Shown here piece after piece: positions 10,365 through 23,185 of a stretch of DNA of 64,000 bases (the first letter of the stretch is position 1; every line of letters starts with the position of its first letter). The DNA lies in the NCBI GenBank assembly GCA_964016885.1, contig OZ024743.1, positions 116,932,001 to 116,996,000 on the forward strand. Direction: 5' to 3'. The notes below the pieces were generated by a model that was not told where the DNA came from, ran no database searches, and saw only the letters and a program-made list of their open reading frames with translations. Both the position numbers and the translations under genes were made by a program. The DNA comes from Eledone cirrhosa. Its lineage: Eukaryota.

Positions 10365-12956
10365 ATGCTGACAAAGGACCATCTTCCGTTATCACTTAAG
10401 AATATACCGATACCACCAAGGGGTACTTATGATAAGCAGCTTATAACCAGCGTTAACTCGTTTGTAAGGAGAATAAGATGGCGCACATTTCACTTCGATA
10501 GGCGCCGTAGCGCCCCACTAGAGAGTCCATCGAATAATAAGTATGGATTTAGGACATTTAGGAGCCCACCCCATAACCCTCTACTCGATAAATTTGAGAG
10601 TGACCTATTGTCTCTCGTCCGGTCTATTAGATATAAAAGGAAAAACGGTAAGCGTAGCGGCTTCCAAACAAAGTTAGAATCACTAGTTAAATCTTTTAAG
10701 GACAGAAATTGTATACTCGTACCCTCGGACAAGACTAGGAATATGTACAACCTGAGTTATGAAGAATACCGCGGTTTCATATACAATGAGCTACATAAAA
10801 ACTATAAAAAAACCACTGTAGCCAACCTAGATGAGATTAACAGGGAGGCTAAAGTGATAGTTACGAAGCTAGGACTAGAGAAATGCACACAACCTTATAC
10901 CCCCCGACAACCAAGGTTCACATTGAAAGATCATAAGGAGGACTTCGCAAGTAGCCCCTCTGTCAGGCTCATTAGCCCCTCTAAATCTGACATAGGGATT
11001 ATAAGTAAAAAAATACTAGATGAAGTCATACCGAAAGTTAAAGACAGGATTAGCCTGGACCTATGGGGAAACACTGCAGAAGTGATAAAGTGGTTCTCAA
11101 GCATTAGCAACCACAAATCACTACGCTTCATCCAGTTCGATATAGACTCCTACTATACGTCTATATCCCCCATACTACTAAATAAGGCGCTCATGATGGC
11201 AATGCGGACGGGCGGACTCACTAGATCCCAATTTGACATAGTCCTTGCCGCTCGTAAAACAATTATCACATTTGAGGATGAATTGTGGACGCGCAAGAAC
11301 ACTCGTAACAACTTCGACATCACTATGGAGTCTAGCGACTCAGCGCAGGTGACAGACCTCGTCGGATTGTACTTGCTCAAGGAGCTCAACGAGCAGCTCC
11401 CACACCTCAGAGGTGGGCTATACCGTGACGACGCATTGCTTACTGTGGACATTAAACGACACAACCTAGAAAGAACTAGAAAGGACCTATATAAATTCTT
11501 CAAGAATTTTAACCTATCAATAACTATGGATAGAAATAGTAAGGTAGTCAACTTTTTAGACGCCTCACTAGACATAGATAAGTTAGAATATGCACCGTAC
11601 CATAAACCTAACAAAAGGCTGACATACGTCAATGCCAGCTCCAACCACCCAGGCTCAGTATTCAAAGCAATAGTTAAAGCAGTATCTAGTAGGATTAGCG
11701 GACTATCTAGCAGCGTGACCGCATTTGAAGCGAACGCGGAATATTACAATAAGGCGCTAGCTGGGTCAGGGCACAAAGATAAACTCCATTATGTTGAGAC
11801 AGGCGGCACCACTCCGCCACCCCAACCCAGCACTGTAATCACGCATAATATGTCCATGGGAGTTGGAAGGAGAGCTAGAAAGACAAATAGGGACAATAGG
11901 AAGTTAGCTAAGAACAACAACACTCGCAACGCAGACACGGATAGGGCCCACACGCCTGGTAAGCGCTATGCCGCCCCAAGCAAGTCCAACAGTGAAAACG
12001 GGGGACAGAGGCCTAGGAGACTCGAGACCAACGTACATACCACTGGGAGCCCAGCAACCACACCTGGTAGAACCCGTAATAATATAGACGAAGAGAGGGT
12101 AAGCAGCATAGGGGATAAGAAACGCAGTGGAAGGAATAGAAGATGTGATAGTACCTTCTTTAACCCGCCCTTCAACTCTAATGTTACTACAGACCTCCCC
12201 AAATCTTTTTTATCTTTAATAGATAAGAACTTCCCCCCGGGTAGTAGGTACGGTAGTGTCATCAATAAGAATACTATCAAGCTATCGTACTCTACAACCC
12301 CTAATCTGGCCTCACACCTAGCTAAGACCAATAAGAGTAAGATTAAAGAGGGACTTAAGGCCATCCGAAATAGTGAACCACGCCAGTACACACGACAACA
12401 CGGGCCCAACCCACTGAGTGAAAGACCCAGGGGAATAATAGGCAATAGAACCGGTCCCACTAGGCAGCCCCACGGCTGCCTGGAGGGACATGCACCCCTG
12501 ATTGAGGAGCATGACCCTATTAAAAAGTGTAATTGCAGAAAGAAGGACAAATGCCCACTAGCTGGACACTGCCTTATTAGGAACGTGGTATATGCTTGTA
12601 ACGTAACCACAGACACGTATACTAAGACGTATGTGGGATCAACCGCTAACGAGTTCAAGACGAGGTTCAACGCCCACCAGCATAGCTTCCGATATGAGAA
12701 GCTTAAAAATACCACGTCGTTAGCGGGGCATATACATAACTTAAAACAAACAAAAACCCCCTACACACTAAGCTGGAGATGCCTTACTAAAGCTCCTCCA
12801 TATAGCTCGTTGAGCAGGTTTTGTAGCCTGTACCTATCTGAATCTCATGCCATAGTATTCTCAGGACTCAACTTGCTCAACAGGAGATCAGAAATCTTCT
12901 CGTCCTGCCCCCATACTATACTTAGCTCTTTCTTTTTCTTCAGACCGGACACATAG
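10365..12956 (+). CDS. Penelope-like (Naiad) polyprotein: reverse transcriptase + zinc finger + GIY-YIG endonuclease, 863 aa from the first ATG
   Basis: N-terminal SLKNIPIP; SDKTRNMY; TLKDHKEDF; motif A FIQFDIDSYY; motif C GLYRDD (YRDD at 11421-11432); NFLD; FFNPPF; KLSYS; CNCRKKDKCPLAGHC (12528); VVY...YVG...FKTRF..H; LLNRRSE...CPH. Confidence 0.95.
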   Translation: MLTKDHLPLSLKNIPIPPRGTYDKQLITSVNSFVRRIRWRTFHFDRRRSAPLESPSNNKYGFRTFRSPPHNPLLDKFESDLLSLVRSIRYKRKNGKRSGFQTKLESLVKSFKDRNCILVPSDKTRNMYNLSYEEYRGFIYNELHKNYKKTTVANLDEINREAKVIVTKLGLEKCTQPYTPRQPRFTLKDHKEDFASSPSVRLISPSKSDIGIISKKILDEVIPKVKDRISLDLWGNTAEVIKWFSSISNHKSLRFIQFDIDSYYTSISPILLNKALMMAMRTGGLTRSQFDIVLAARKTIITFEDELWTRKNTRNNFDITMESSDSAQVTDLVGLYLLKELNEQLPHLRGGLYRDDALLTVDIKRHNLERTRKDLYKFFKNFNLSITMDRNSKVVNFLDASLDIDKLEYAPYHKPNKRLTYVNASSNHPGSVFKAIVKAVSSRISGLSSSVTAFEANAEYYNKALAGSGHKDKLHYVETGGTTPPPQPSTVITHNMSMGVGRRARKTNRDNRKLAKNNNTRNADTDRAHTPGKRYAAPSKSNSENGGQRPRRLETNVHTTGSPATTPGRTRNNIDEERVSSIGDKKRSGRNRRCDSTFFNPPFNSNVTTDLPKSFLSLIDKNFPPGSRYGSVINKNTIKLSYSTTPNLASHLAKTNKSKIKEGLKAIRNSEPRQYTRQHGPNPLSERPRGIIGNRTGPTRQPHGCLEGHAPLIEEHDPIKKCNCRKKDKCPLAGHCLIRNVVYACNVTTDTYTKTYVGSTANEFKTRFNAHQHSFRYEKLKNTTSLAGHIHNLKQTKTPYTLSWRCLTKAPPYSSLSRFCSLYLSESHAIVFSGLNLLNRRSEIFSSCPHTILSSFFFFRPDT

Positions 12957-14262
12957 CCCTGACACCACCCTGTCCCGCACTTGGCAGCCCCGCTGGCGAA
13001 CAGGGTGCTCTTTAGTAACCCCGGCCGCATAGATGCCTCGGCTCCCCGATTGGCGATGAGGACTCTGGTGAGGAACAGACGACCCTGTGTCCCACCTGCC
13101 AACCTGAGATTGGTGGCAACATTGTTGCTGGGCACCCTGGGGGCAGCTGATGCCTGCAGTGTGGGACATTGTGAGTGCCTGGACCCACGTTGACAAATCT
13201 GGGACGGTGTCGTCGGAGATGTATGTCAACAAACTCGAGAATATGCCCAGGGAAACAGTAACAAAACACCCAATATGGCGGCCGCTCCCTGCCTATAACC
13301 ACTCACCCCCACCCCCACCCTTAGTAAACCCCCTCCCAAATAGATGCCCCTCCCCACTCTCCCCCACTCACATCTTTTGAGTTAGTTCTTTATTATCAGT
13401 GATTAGTTCTTTACTAATAGGAAATTTTTGTATTTTACCACAGTCGACTTAATGGGCTTGGAGAGTTGACTCCCTTGAAGTCTGACCACTCGATAAGTTA
13501 GGGGTTGTGCCCCTTGAACAGGGGTATATCTAGCTGGTCTACCTGCTGTCTGCTACTACCCGAGACTGGACACGGTCGTAGCCACAGGCCAGCGCGTGCG
13601 CGATAGCATAGAATATATATTTTCTGCTAGTCACCCCGTGTAATATGATACCCAAAGATTCCATGCATGAGATTCATCGAAGCATGCGCAGTCTTAACCG
13701 GGAGATGACATGCGAACTTGAAAATACCACAAGTGAGACCCTTTGGATAGCGTAGACGCCGGATCATGCCCGCAAATATATACCCTGATCTGTCTTGAAT
13801 ATACAGGGCTGACGGAACATGGATAACACGACCACCATCTAAGCTGGAACCAACCCATACAGCAAACAAAGAGGGGACAGCCCTCCGCTTTTGACCAGTC
13901 GCGTGTGGGCTTGGAGTTCGTAATATACCACCCCAGTCAAATCCACACTGGTTTTTTTACCAATATAGCATGTAGACCAATACATCCTATGTAGCGAGAC
14001 CTTGGACTTAGAACCGGCAGGCTGGTCTATCGCAAAAGCGTGCAACCCCCGAAACTAAAAGATCGAACGGACCACACCCAGCAACCACTAGCTATTAGAT
14101 CTACAGGTACATTTCCCAGAGAGTCCACGCAGCTGATAGTGAATCCCAGTTGATCCGTGAACTATGAACTTTTAAACAAGACCAACAGTGCCTGGAGCTA
14201 TGCAGATGACTGCATACGCATAATGGATATCGCGCCCACACGGTCACCAGTACTGTTCATGC

Positions 14263-14522
14263 TGTTGTATGTATGTAAATATCCGTGCGCGGGATATCCC
14301 TGAGTACATTTTCTTGACCATCAATTGTTAATTGATTGTTTGTTAACTAGGCAGGAATATACCATTATGTCTGTGCTAATCCTATGTGTTGCTGTATGTG
14401 TGTAAAGTATCCTAGCGCGGGATATCCCTGAGCTAATTTTGCCTGACTGTTAATAGTGTATTGAGTACTGGTTAATTAGGCAGGAATATATTATATATTA
14501 TTATGTCTTTGTTAATCCTGTA
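14263..14522 (+). repeat. Diverged two-copy tandem duplication, 128-bp period, in the PLE 3' region
   Basis: gcgcgggatatccctgag at 14287 and 14415; aggcaggaatata also repeated. Confidence 0.8.
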
Positions 14523-14854
14523 TCAATAATTTTATGATAGTTTTTTGTGATAATACATTGTTAGATTACTGAAGCTACCTTATACCTTCTTAAAAATACA
14601 TGTTATAATTATTGTCTTTTTGCTTATGTATTTTCTTATTTACCACTTTCTTTAATCTTGCCCAACTTGATAAACTCTTTGAATTGCTCCCTAATTAAAT
14701 TACTTAAATTACTTAAATTATTGTATCTATTATGCCTAAGTTGTATCTGTTGAAGCAGCCCTTTGAAAATTCCTCGGATATCCCAAATACCGTAATTTTT
14801 AACTTTTAATGTATAATTTTCCTCAATTCGTTTTTATATATATCCTTAAAGGCT

Positions 14855-15664
14855 CTCTAAAATTTTAATTCTTCGAAGGGTCTCTCGGAGGAAGTTCCTA
14901 TTAAAAATATTAAAGGGGTCTTTTCTGAGAGATTTATAGAAGGCTCTTTGAATTAACCTTTAAGTGATTAGTTTCAACTTAGTAGGGAATATCAAAACTC
15001 CGTAAGTTTTCAGAAATTTGTAAACCTGATCTCGGGGGAAGAAAGTTTTTTTCTTTGGGAAAAAAATGTTTTTCTCTCGAAGGAATTTCATAGGAAACTT
15101 TATACTTTTTAGGGAAACTTTATATTTTTATTTTTTATTTTATTAGCCTCTTAATTTCTTCTAGTTTATTAGGCTTATTGGAGCCTGTAAGCTTTATGCA
15201 CTTATTGAGGGATTTTTTAAGGTGCTTCTACGGGATCCCAAGTCTTTTGGTTTACTGTTAATGCGTAAATTATATATTATCTAAATTATATATTATCTAA
15301 TTTTTAACCTTCAATCCCTGACCCCGACAACTAATATAAAAGAGCCCCCTTAGAATATAGACCCCAACTATACAAGCGGAGCTGCTGATGTATACCACAA
15401 TTTCAAACTGCTAGCCTTGAGTGATACGTTGATGTAAATAATGATCCTACAATCACATGTTATATGCCTTGAAAAGTCCCACCATATGGTCGGACGAAAC
15501 GGCTGTCGGCAATAAACTCGTTATAATGTCATAATAGTTCCTTTGTTCTTTTTCACTAATATTTCTGCTCTGCGTATACGCATAGAGCTTAACTAGCTAC
15601 CGTCACATATTTGGTAGGTCAGACGTGATCATCGCGATTCACATACGACCTACCATACATCTTG

Positions 15665-15669
<5 letters not shown>
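14855..15669 (+). repeat. 3' pseudo-LTR
   Basis: Direct repeat of 9474-10288, running into (TA)n at ttgctTATATA. Confidence 0.93.
15463..15514 (+). ncRNA. Type I hammerhead ribozyme, U3-A8 variant (3' pLTR)
   Basis: Identical to 10082-10133. Confidence 0.8.
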
Positions 15670-15757
<88 letters not shown>

Positions 15758-15818
15758 GGGTAAACTAGTTATCGTTATAGATAATCCAGTTATATATATA
15801 TATATATATATATATATA

Positions 15819-16960
15819 CGAGGGTCATCTGAAACCTTCATAGGTTGCCTAAGATACTCTCTTGAATGTGACCAAATGAGCTTCATTTTTAACATTGCTG
15901 TCCACACACTTCTTCTATTGGTGCTACAGTGCTTAGATCCCAATGCTGGAGAAGCTTTAATCCTGATGGTCTAAAAAGCCATTACCAGCAGATATGACGT
16001 CATCATCACAGAGAAAGTGGTTCCCAGCCAAGTATTTGTTCATGTTGGGAAACAGATGATGGCACGATTAGGCAAAATCTGGAGATTGGGGAGAGTGATC
16101 AACTAGTTGAGAGCTAGTCACGCACAGCAGCCATTGAAACCAAGAACTTGCGTGTTGGAGCATTTTCCTAGTGAACCAAGTCACCCTTCGTCAGTCTTCC
16201 TGGGCGTTGTGTCTTGATACACTTTCGTAACTGTTTCAGCAATTTGGCATAGTACTCTCCATTGATGGTGTGGTCCTTTTCAAGATAGTCAATAAACAGA
16301 GCAAGACCTAAAGGCCATAAGCTTCCATGCAGATGAAACGATTTTGGCCTTCCTTGGAGTAGATGAAGATATATGTTTTCATTGCATGGATTGTCTCTTT
16401 ATCTCTGACTTAAAGTGATGAACCTAACACTGATCCTGAGTAAAGAAACCTTCAAGGAAACCAGCTGGATGTGTTTCAAACTATGTCAGATTTTCCCGTG
16501 ATGTGATCAACCTGGTGAGCATTTGACCATGTGTCAAAAGAAGTGGAATCCACCGAGCAGAAACCTTCGTCATGCCAAGATCCTGGTGCAGAATATTCTC
16601 AGCTCCCTCACGGGTTATGATAATAGCATTAGTTATTTGATTTATAGTTAATTGCCTGTCATCCATCATTATATGATGAACACCATCAATGTTTTCAACG
16701 GCGGTGGCAGTTGCAGGACGTCCAGACTTTCGGTCATGTTCAAGACTTTCCCTTCTCCTCCTAAATTCAGCTGCCTATTTTTGTATTGTTAATAAAGATT
16801 GAGCGTCGTCCCCTAATGTAGCAACCATACCAGCATGAATGTCCTCGGGACCATTTTTCTGCAGGTATAAGATAACACCACGATACCAAAGTGTTTTCCA
16901 TTTTTAAGAGAAGGCGTTATTAGTTACGTATGACATTCTCTCTGAACACTCAGATGTCTG
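15819..16960 (-). mobile_element. Degenerate mariner (Tc1/mariner) DNA transposon
   Basis: TA|CGAGGGT terminus; transposase fragment DDRQLTINQI...ILHQDLGMTKVSARWIPLLLT (WVPxxL motif) at 16481-16669; right boundary approximate. Confidence 0.8.
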
Positions 16961-17049
16961 ATTACCTGGAAAGAAAAAGGAGTTATTAATGAAAGACGAA
17001 GAAAAGTGTAAAGGTGTGCGTGTGTGGTTTACTGTTCTTTATAAGCTGT

Positions 17050-18261
17050 AAGAGTGTGTTTCTTACCATAACCGAGTCATGGGAAACTAGGGGTCAATGT
17101 ATGCGTATGTGTGACAGCAGACGAGGTAAGAGTGACAATGGCTAAGGGTAAAAGTAAGCACGAGCGTATGAGTGCAATATTAAAGAAATTGGTGAGGGAG
17201 TTGCGTCTATTGGGGAAAATCAGACACTGCTCAGTCATCGTACGCGTGGCTTGTCATCCGTGACAGGATACCAATTACTGAGAGATATAGGGAAATATAG
17301 CATGGTGAACGGTAATAACCTGCGATGGGTTATCCATGCCGAGTCGTATGTCCCTCAAGTGTTCAGTAAAACGGTCTGCTAAACGGCGGCCTGTTTGTCC
17401 ACAAAGGAACACCGGAGGGTATAGACTACGTAGGTGGATGTGCAGGTGAAGAAATAGTGGATTCGGAATGAACCATTAGTGCCTGTGAAATTTGAGGTTA
17501 GAAATGAAGGAACAGGTGTTACAGCGGGGATGAGAAGAGGGGCTGAGTGCCGGGTGGTGTTCACAGAGATTACGGGTATGCTTAAAGTTAGTCATTGGTG
17601 GATTTAGAAGGAAGTGAGAAGTGACGGGGTCAGAAGAAAGGGTGCGAAACAAAGGAAGATATATCTCCTGAGAGGTAGGGTGATGGGTAGGTATGTGAGG
17701 GGAAAAGAAAGGCGGGTATTGGGAGACTGGTGATAGGGTGAGAGGATTGTGACGTGATCGGTTTCACAGGCGCGGGTAGGTTGGATTAGGGTAGGAGGAT
17801 ATCCACGCAGGGTGAAGCAAGAGGCCATGCGTAGGGACTGGGTCTGTAAATCGTTGTCCTGGCTACATAGCCGACGAAGACGGAGGAATTGGGTATGGAG
17901 AGTTTGGTGTTGGTAGGATGGGAAGAGGTGAATTCGAAGTAGGAGTGGGAACCAGTGGGCATATAGTAGATGGAGGTAGAGAATGTTTGGTGAGTGTGGT
18001 TAATAGACAGAGTGATATCCAGAAATTGGATTGAAAATTTGGAGATAGAAGGCGAGGGCAGAATGAGAAGACAAGACAAAAAGAAAGAAAGGAGTCAAGC
18101 TGTTCACGGAAGAGGTGCCATTACAATCGTCGAGGTAGCGACCGTATAGCTCAGGGGTTGGACCAATACAATGGGTAAAGATCAAGGTCTAAAGGTAGCA
18201 AACGAACTTAGGATTTGCAAAGAAGCGTAGTTAGGGCCCATTCTTGTACGCATGGCTACCC
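17050..18261 (-). pseudogene. Decayed second Penelope-like element (Neptune/Poseidon-like RT + GIY-YIG remnant)
   Basis: Frameshifted fragments VAMRTRMGPNYA, YGRYLDD, FLDITL...TSIYYMPTGSHSYFEFTSSHP, RGYP, FTCTSTYVVYTLRC. Confidence 0.85.
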
Positions 18262-18600
18262 TAGAGACCTGTTTGTAAAACACTCTGGAAAAGAAAAGAA
18301 CATAAAGAATCGGGACACAACGGCTGAACACTTGCCGTTTCAACAAATAGTTCTAGATTAAGTCTGTAACTATATATATATATATATATGGTAAATTTCT
18401 TTAAGTCGTTTGGAAGCCTCGACAATGCAAATGGGTAAATCTCCGGGTAACAAAATCCGGTGGTGGAGAGAGAGATGTAAGTGGGTGTACGTTGAGATGC
18501 GTGGCGTGTATAAGACGTGTAGAGGAATGAAGGAAAGAGCATAAAGGATAAAATTAAAATAACAACACGAGAGAGAGTTACCTTGGGAGAGATTTAATTG

Positions 18601-18637
18601 TCCCTATATATTTCGGATTCACATCCATCAACTGGGG
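18601..18637 (-). ncRNA. Degenerate minimal hammerhead-like motif
   Basis: Minus strand ccc-cagttga-t-ggat(gtga)atcc-GAAA-tata-TA-ggg; the CUGANGA box is mutated. Confidence 0.4.
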
Positions 18638-18703
18638 TTTTTTTCCGGGGGAAAGGTTGTCTGTCGGAAAGATGCGAAACGCGTCCTCCGCTGTTCGTTG
18701 TTT

Positions 18704-18750
<47 letters not shown>

Positions 18751-19308
18751 GTGATTTTTTTTTACAAAATGAAAAACAACCGAGGTGTCCTACACGAGTG
18801 AAAGTATAAAGAAAAAAAGATGAAATCGGAAATGCAACTGGAGTCTTATTTTAAAAAATATATATATATTTATTTGGTATATATATATATATCAACTAGA
18901 AATTGAACATATGAAACAATCACAGGAGATAATCTGTAAAAGTGTGCAAGCACACACAGCTATGTGGGTAACTAATTGAAGTTTAACTAGAGCTTCAAAA
19001 ATAGATACCTTATAAATTGATTAATCTACCTTGTATATATTTCATTAAAGAAACATATTTCACCAATTAATCGATTGGTAAACGACAGCAACCAAATCCT
19101 GGATTTTCAACAAGGAAGAAGACTTAACTATCTGTGTTTACACATCAAATTCAAATCTGTGACTAACTATTCGCACGTGTTGTTATCGACAACTAGAAAT
19201 AGCAGTCAAGTCCTTTCAACTGAGTTAGCTCTACAATTAAAGGGCCGTTTTTATATATATATATATATATATATATCCAAAATTAAAATGAAAATTAAGG
19301 GTGTCATG

Positions 19309-19366
<58 letters not shown>

Positions 19367-19959
19367 TCGAAAATTAGTATTAGGAAGGTTTAACGAGAAA
19401 ACAATTTAACCTAATAACAATTACGGAGAAAGCATGCTTTGTTCAACATCAATGTTTAACATCAATCATGTAAAGATCCTATGTATAAAGCAGGTATGCC
19501 TTTCAAACTCAACAATCGCTATGACAGGTGATTGTTGTTGTTGGTACTTAAGGCCCGAAGAAAGATTAGAGTGAAAAAAGATACAAACAGCAAAACAGCA
19601 AACATTCCATGACAAACAAAAAATATACACATATACACAAACGCATGCTCAGAGACGAAGCACCAAATTCGTGACACAAAAAATAAAGAGAAGATGGAGT
19701 AGACTTTTAAAACCAGGAAAAAGAGGAGATTAAACACAGATAATCATTGAGGAGATCACAGAATATGTAACGAAAGAAATTTGACAAACAAACGAATAAC
19801 GAACAATAAAGATAAAGTGAAAATTACATGGTGTGTGTGTGTTTCTTTCTATTGTCAATATTGGCAACATGACCATCCCCAAATATAACAACATATATAT
19901 ATACATTTATATACATATATAAACATATGTATAATTATATATATACATATATATAGTAT

Positions 19960-20003
<44 letters not shown>

Positions 20004-20159
20004 TGTGTGTGTGTGTAGAGAGAGAGAGGTGGGGGGAGGATAGTGAGCGTGAGAGAAATATATGTAAAGACATATGTTATCTATACACATATTTGCATAT
20101 ATATGCTTATATATATACACAAACATGCGCGCACACACACACATTCACCCACACACACA

Positions 20160-20206
<47 letters not shown>

Positions 20207-21300
20207 TATATATATATATATGTGTGTATGTGTGTGTGTGCGTGTATAAACATATTTTAAAGGTCGTGGCGAGGGCATGAATAAAACATATTGGTCTGGT
20301 TACGCTCCTTGAAATTCAAGCAGGCTGTTCACTATTCTCAATCATCCATTTTATCTGTTTGCAGTAAGGTTCTAATATGTCCGGAAATATATTCCCAGCA
20401 CGGGCCATCTTATTGAGATATATCTAAAAATAAAAAAAAAATAAAGAAAAAAGATAAACAAGAAAAATATAAGAATAAATAATTTAACGCATACGATTTC
20501 TTGGTTTGAAAATATTTACCATTTCAAATGAACGGTGATATTAACCATTTCGTTACCATATTTCTAATGAAAGGCACAAATAATTTTCAAATTACCAATA
20601 ATTAGGAGGGATTAAATATTAAACTGTTTTCTATATAAAGCTGGCCATGATTTTTCAAATGTACTATTATAATGGAAGATTATTCGATAAATATAACAGT
20701 TTAAAATAAGCAGCTTCATATGTTAGAATTTTGGACGTTTGCTAGCGGGTTGACATCAAAAGGATTAGTACTTACATTTGAAGTGTTGAATTAGGTGAAC
20801 AAAAGGTCTTCCTCTATTTAATTACATCTTTTCACTTTCTAAGTCCAAGTTCGGTATTGTCTATTTTATGTTTTATTATTCAGTGGTGAATAAAGTAAAG
20901 TGCAGGCCTGCATTCGACTGATGCTATCTCTTCTCAAAGTTTGAAGCGCTATGTTACAACCAACATAAGAATGTATATTTATACAACTAACATAAGTATA
21001 TTTATACAACCAACATAAGAATTTATACAACCAACATAAGAATTTATACAACCAACATAAGAAAGTATATTTATCAAGCAGCGTTGACTTTAGATTTCAA
21101 CTTCTCTCATTCGATAAGATACTAATAATACTAAAGTAAGTACTATTGATTGCGCAATTTGCATGTATATTTCTTTTTCTTTTAAATACCTTTTTTTTTT
21201 TATTGATTTGTAACTTTTGACGCCATAAACATTATAATTATTTTATACAACCGCCCATGCTGGAATGAAATTGAAATATTACAATTAAGGACTCTATATT

Positions 21301-21388
<88 letters not shown>

Positions 21389-21501
21389 TGTATGTATGTA
21401 TGTATGTATGTATGTATGTATGTATATGCCCCAGTATAGCCTCAGCCGGATGGCTGGAACAGGTAACAGAGTAAAAGAGGATATATATAAATAAATATAT
21501 A

Positions 21502-21900
21502 TATTTAAAACAACAAGAGAAGGCCGGACTGGAAGATATGCCTTAAATTTTAATTCCGTGAAATCCTTATACATATTTCAATGGCACAGCTCCATCATCC
21601 ATTTATGATGCAAGACAGGACGGTCTCGTCAGGTAACTTCGACAGAATTACAAAACAGGGTTACGTAGAACCTATACTTATCATGGAAGATAGGGAAAAG
21701 AGAATAGCAAGTTGAAAAGTTGTGAAATGAAAAATGAAAATTTGACTTGGCGACTGCCTGTAAAAATACATAAGTATTGGTCCTACGTAACACTGTTTTG
21801 TAATTCTGTCGAAGTTACCTGATGAGACCGTCCTGTCTTGCATCATAATTGGATGAGGGAGCATATCTCCCAGTCAGGTCTTCTGTTGTCGTTTTAAATA
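21502..21900. mobile_element. Fold-back repeat with a hammerhead-like core
   Basis: Arms 21502-21681 / 21770-21900; the left arm on the minus strand reads ttac-CTGACGA...GAAA-tat-GTA-taa; the right arm has CTGATGA but the GAAA part is deleted. Confidence 0.6.
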
Positions 21901-22052
21901 GTTTACTCCGTTTCCTGCGCCAACCACTTGATACCACATCTACGATGGGTGATGTCCATAACAACGAGTGCTTTATTAATTCGTTGCATCATGAGTTTCC
22001 TACCTGAACCACCAGTTCTACACATAGCTGATCAAAATAACTGAAATGGTAT

Positions 22053-22140
<88 letters not shown>

Positions 22141-22307
22141 TAAATATTTAGATCAGTCTGATAATCACCACCAACGAATGGGAGAAAGTTCTCCAGTAAG
22201 TTAACCAGGATTTAAAAAAAAAATTTCCACCCAAGTTATAAAATTATAAAATTACAAAATAATTAAATTTTCATAGAATACCAACTGTATCAACGATCTC
22301 ACACACC

Positions 22308-22364
<57 letters not shown>

Positions 22365-22998
22365 ATGGCTTCAACAGGACTAGAACTGTTCATACGAAGG
22401 AAATCATCGGGAAGAAAGCACTTTTCTGATGATTTCCTTCTAGTTCTGTAGAAGTCCTTTCTATATCAAATTTGTTTTATACACTCTACTAATGTATTGA
22501 GCTCCTTACTTACTGTGGTTAACCCCCGATTGAACCCGGGGCTCTCTCTCTCTATCCCTCTCTCTCGCTCTCACACAGACATACACACACACACACACAT
22601 ATATATATATATGTATGTGTATATTTTTATTACACACACGCACAGACTTCTATATATATAAATATATATATAGGAAAAGATGTGAAATCAGTCAGGTATA
22701 TTAAAAAAAAGAAAAGAATGACTTCATCGACGAATGCGAGAAAGTTCTCCAGGAAAGTTAACCAATAATCTTTAAAAAACTCCCCACCGAAGTCGACAAA
22801 AACTTACTAGATCTACCAAACCAAATTGTAAAATTGTAATATTATAAAATTAAATTAGAACTTCAAGTGAAGTCATTCTTTTCCCTTCTTAATATATATA
22901 TATTTATATATATATATATTATATGTGCGTATATCTGTCCGCACTTGTGTCTGTTTATGCCTAGTAAATTAGTGGTCCGACAAAAAGGGGACAATAAA

Positions 22999-23185
22999 AT
23001 AATTGTTTCTACATTTGGCACAAGGCCAGCAATTACCCAGTGCATTACTGGTACTTTGATTTATCGGCCCCGTAAGGATGAAAGACAAAGTTAACCTCGA
23101 CGGGATTTGAACTCAGACCGTAGAAGGATATAACTATGCTGGAAAGCATGGCGTCCGACCCTCTACCGATACTGCCAATCCACCA
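22999..23185 (-). mobile_element. Nin-domain SINE
   Basis: Reverse complement of the SINE consensus, including A/B boxes and the ttgtgccaaatgtagaaacaattatt tail. Confidence 0.85.

Noticed and set aside
10490-12715. Antisense ORFs (86, 66, 170 and 249 aa) over the PLE ORF
   Set aside because: Shadow frames of the sense coding sequence; no recognisable motifs.
12957-13110. SECIS element / selenoprotein-type Naiad
   Set aside because: No in-frame TGA in the ORF, and the ATGA near 13056 lacks a matching 3' GA quartet.
22363-22465. Small inverted repeat with CTGATGA as a hammerhead
   Set aside because: No intact GAAA or stem II in either arm; at most a decayed relic.
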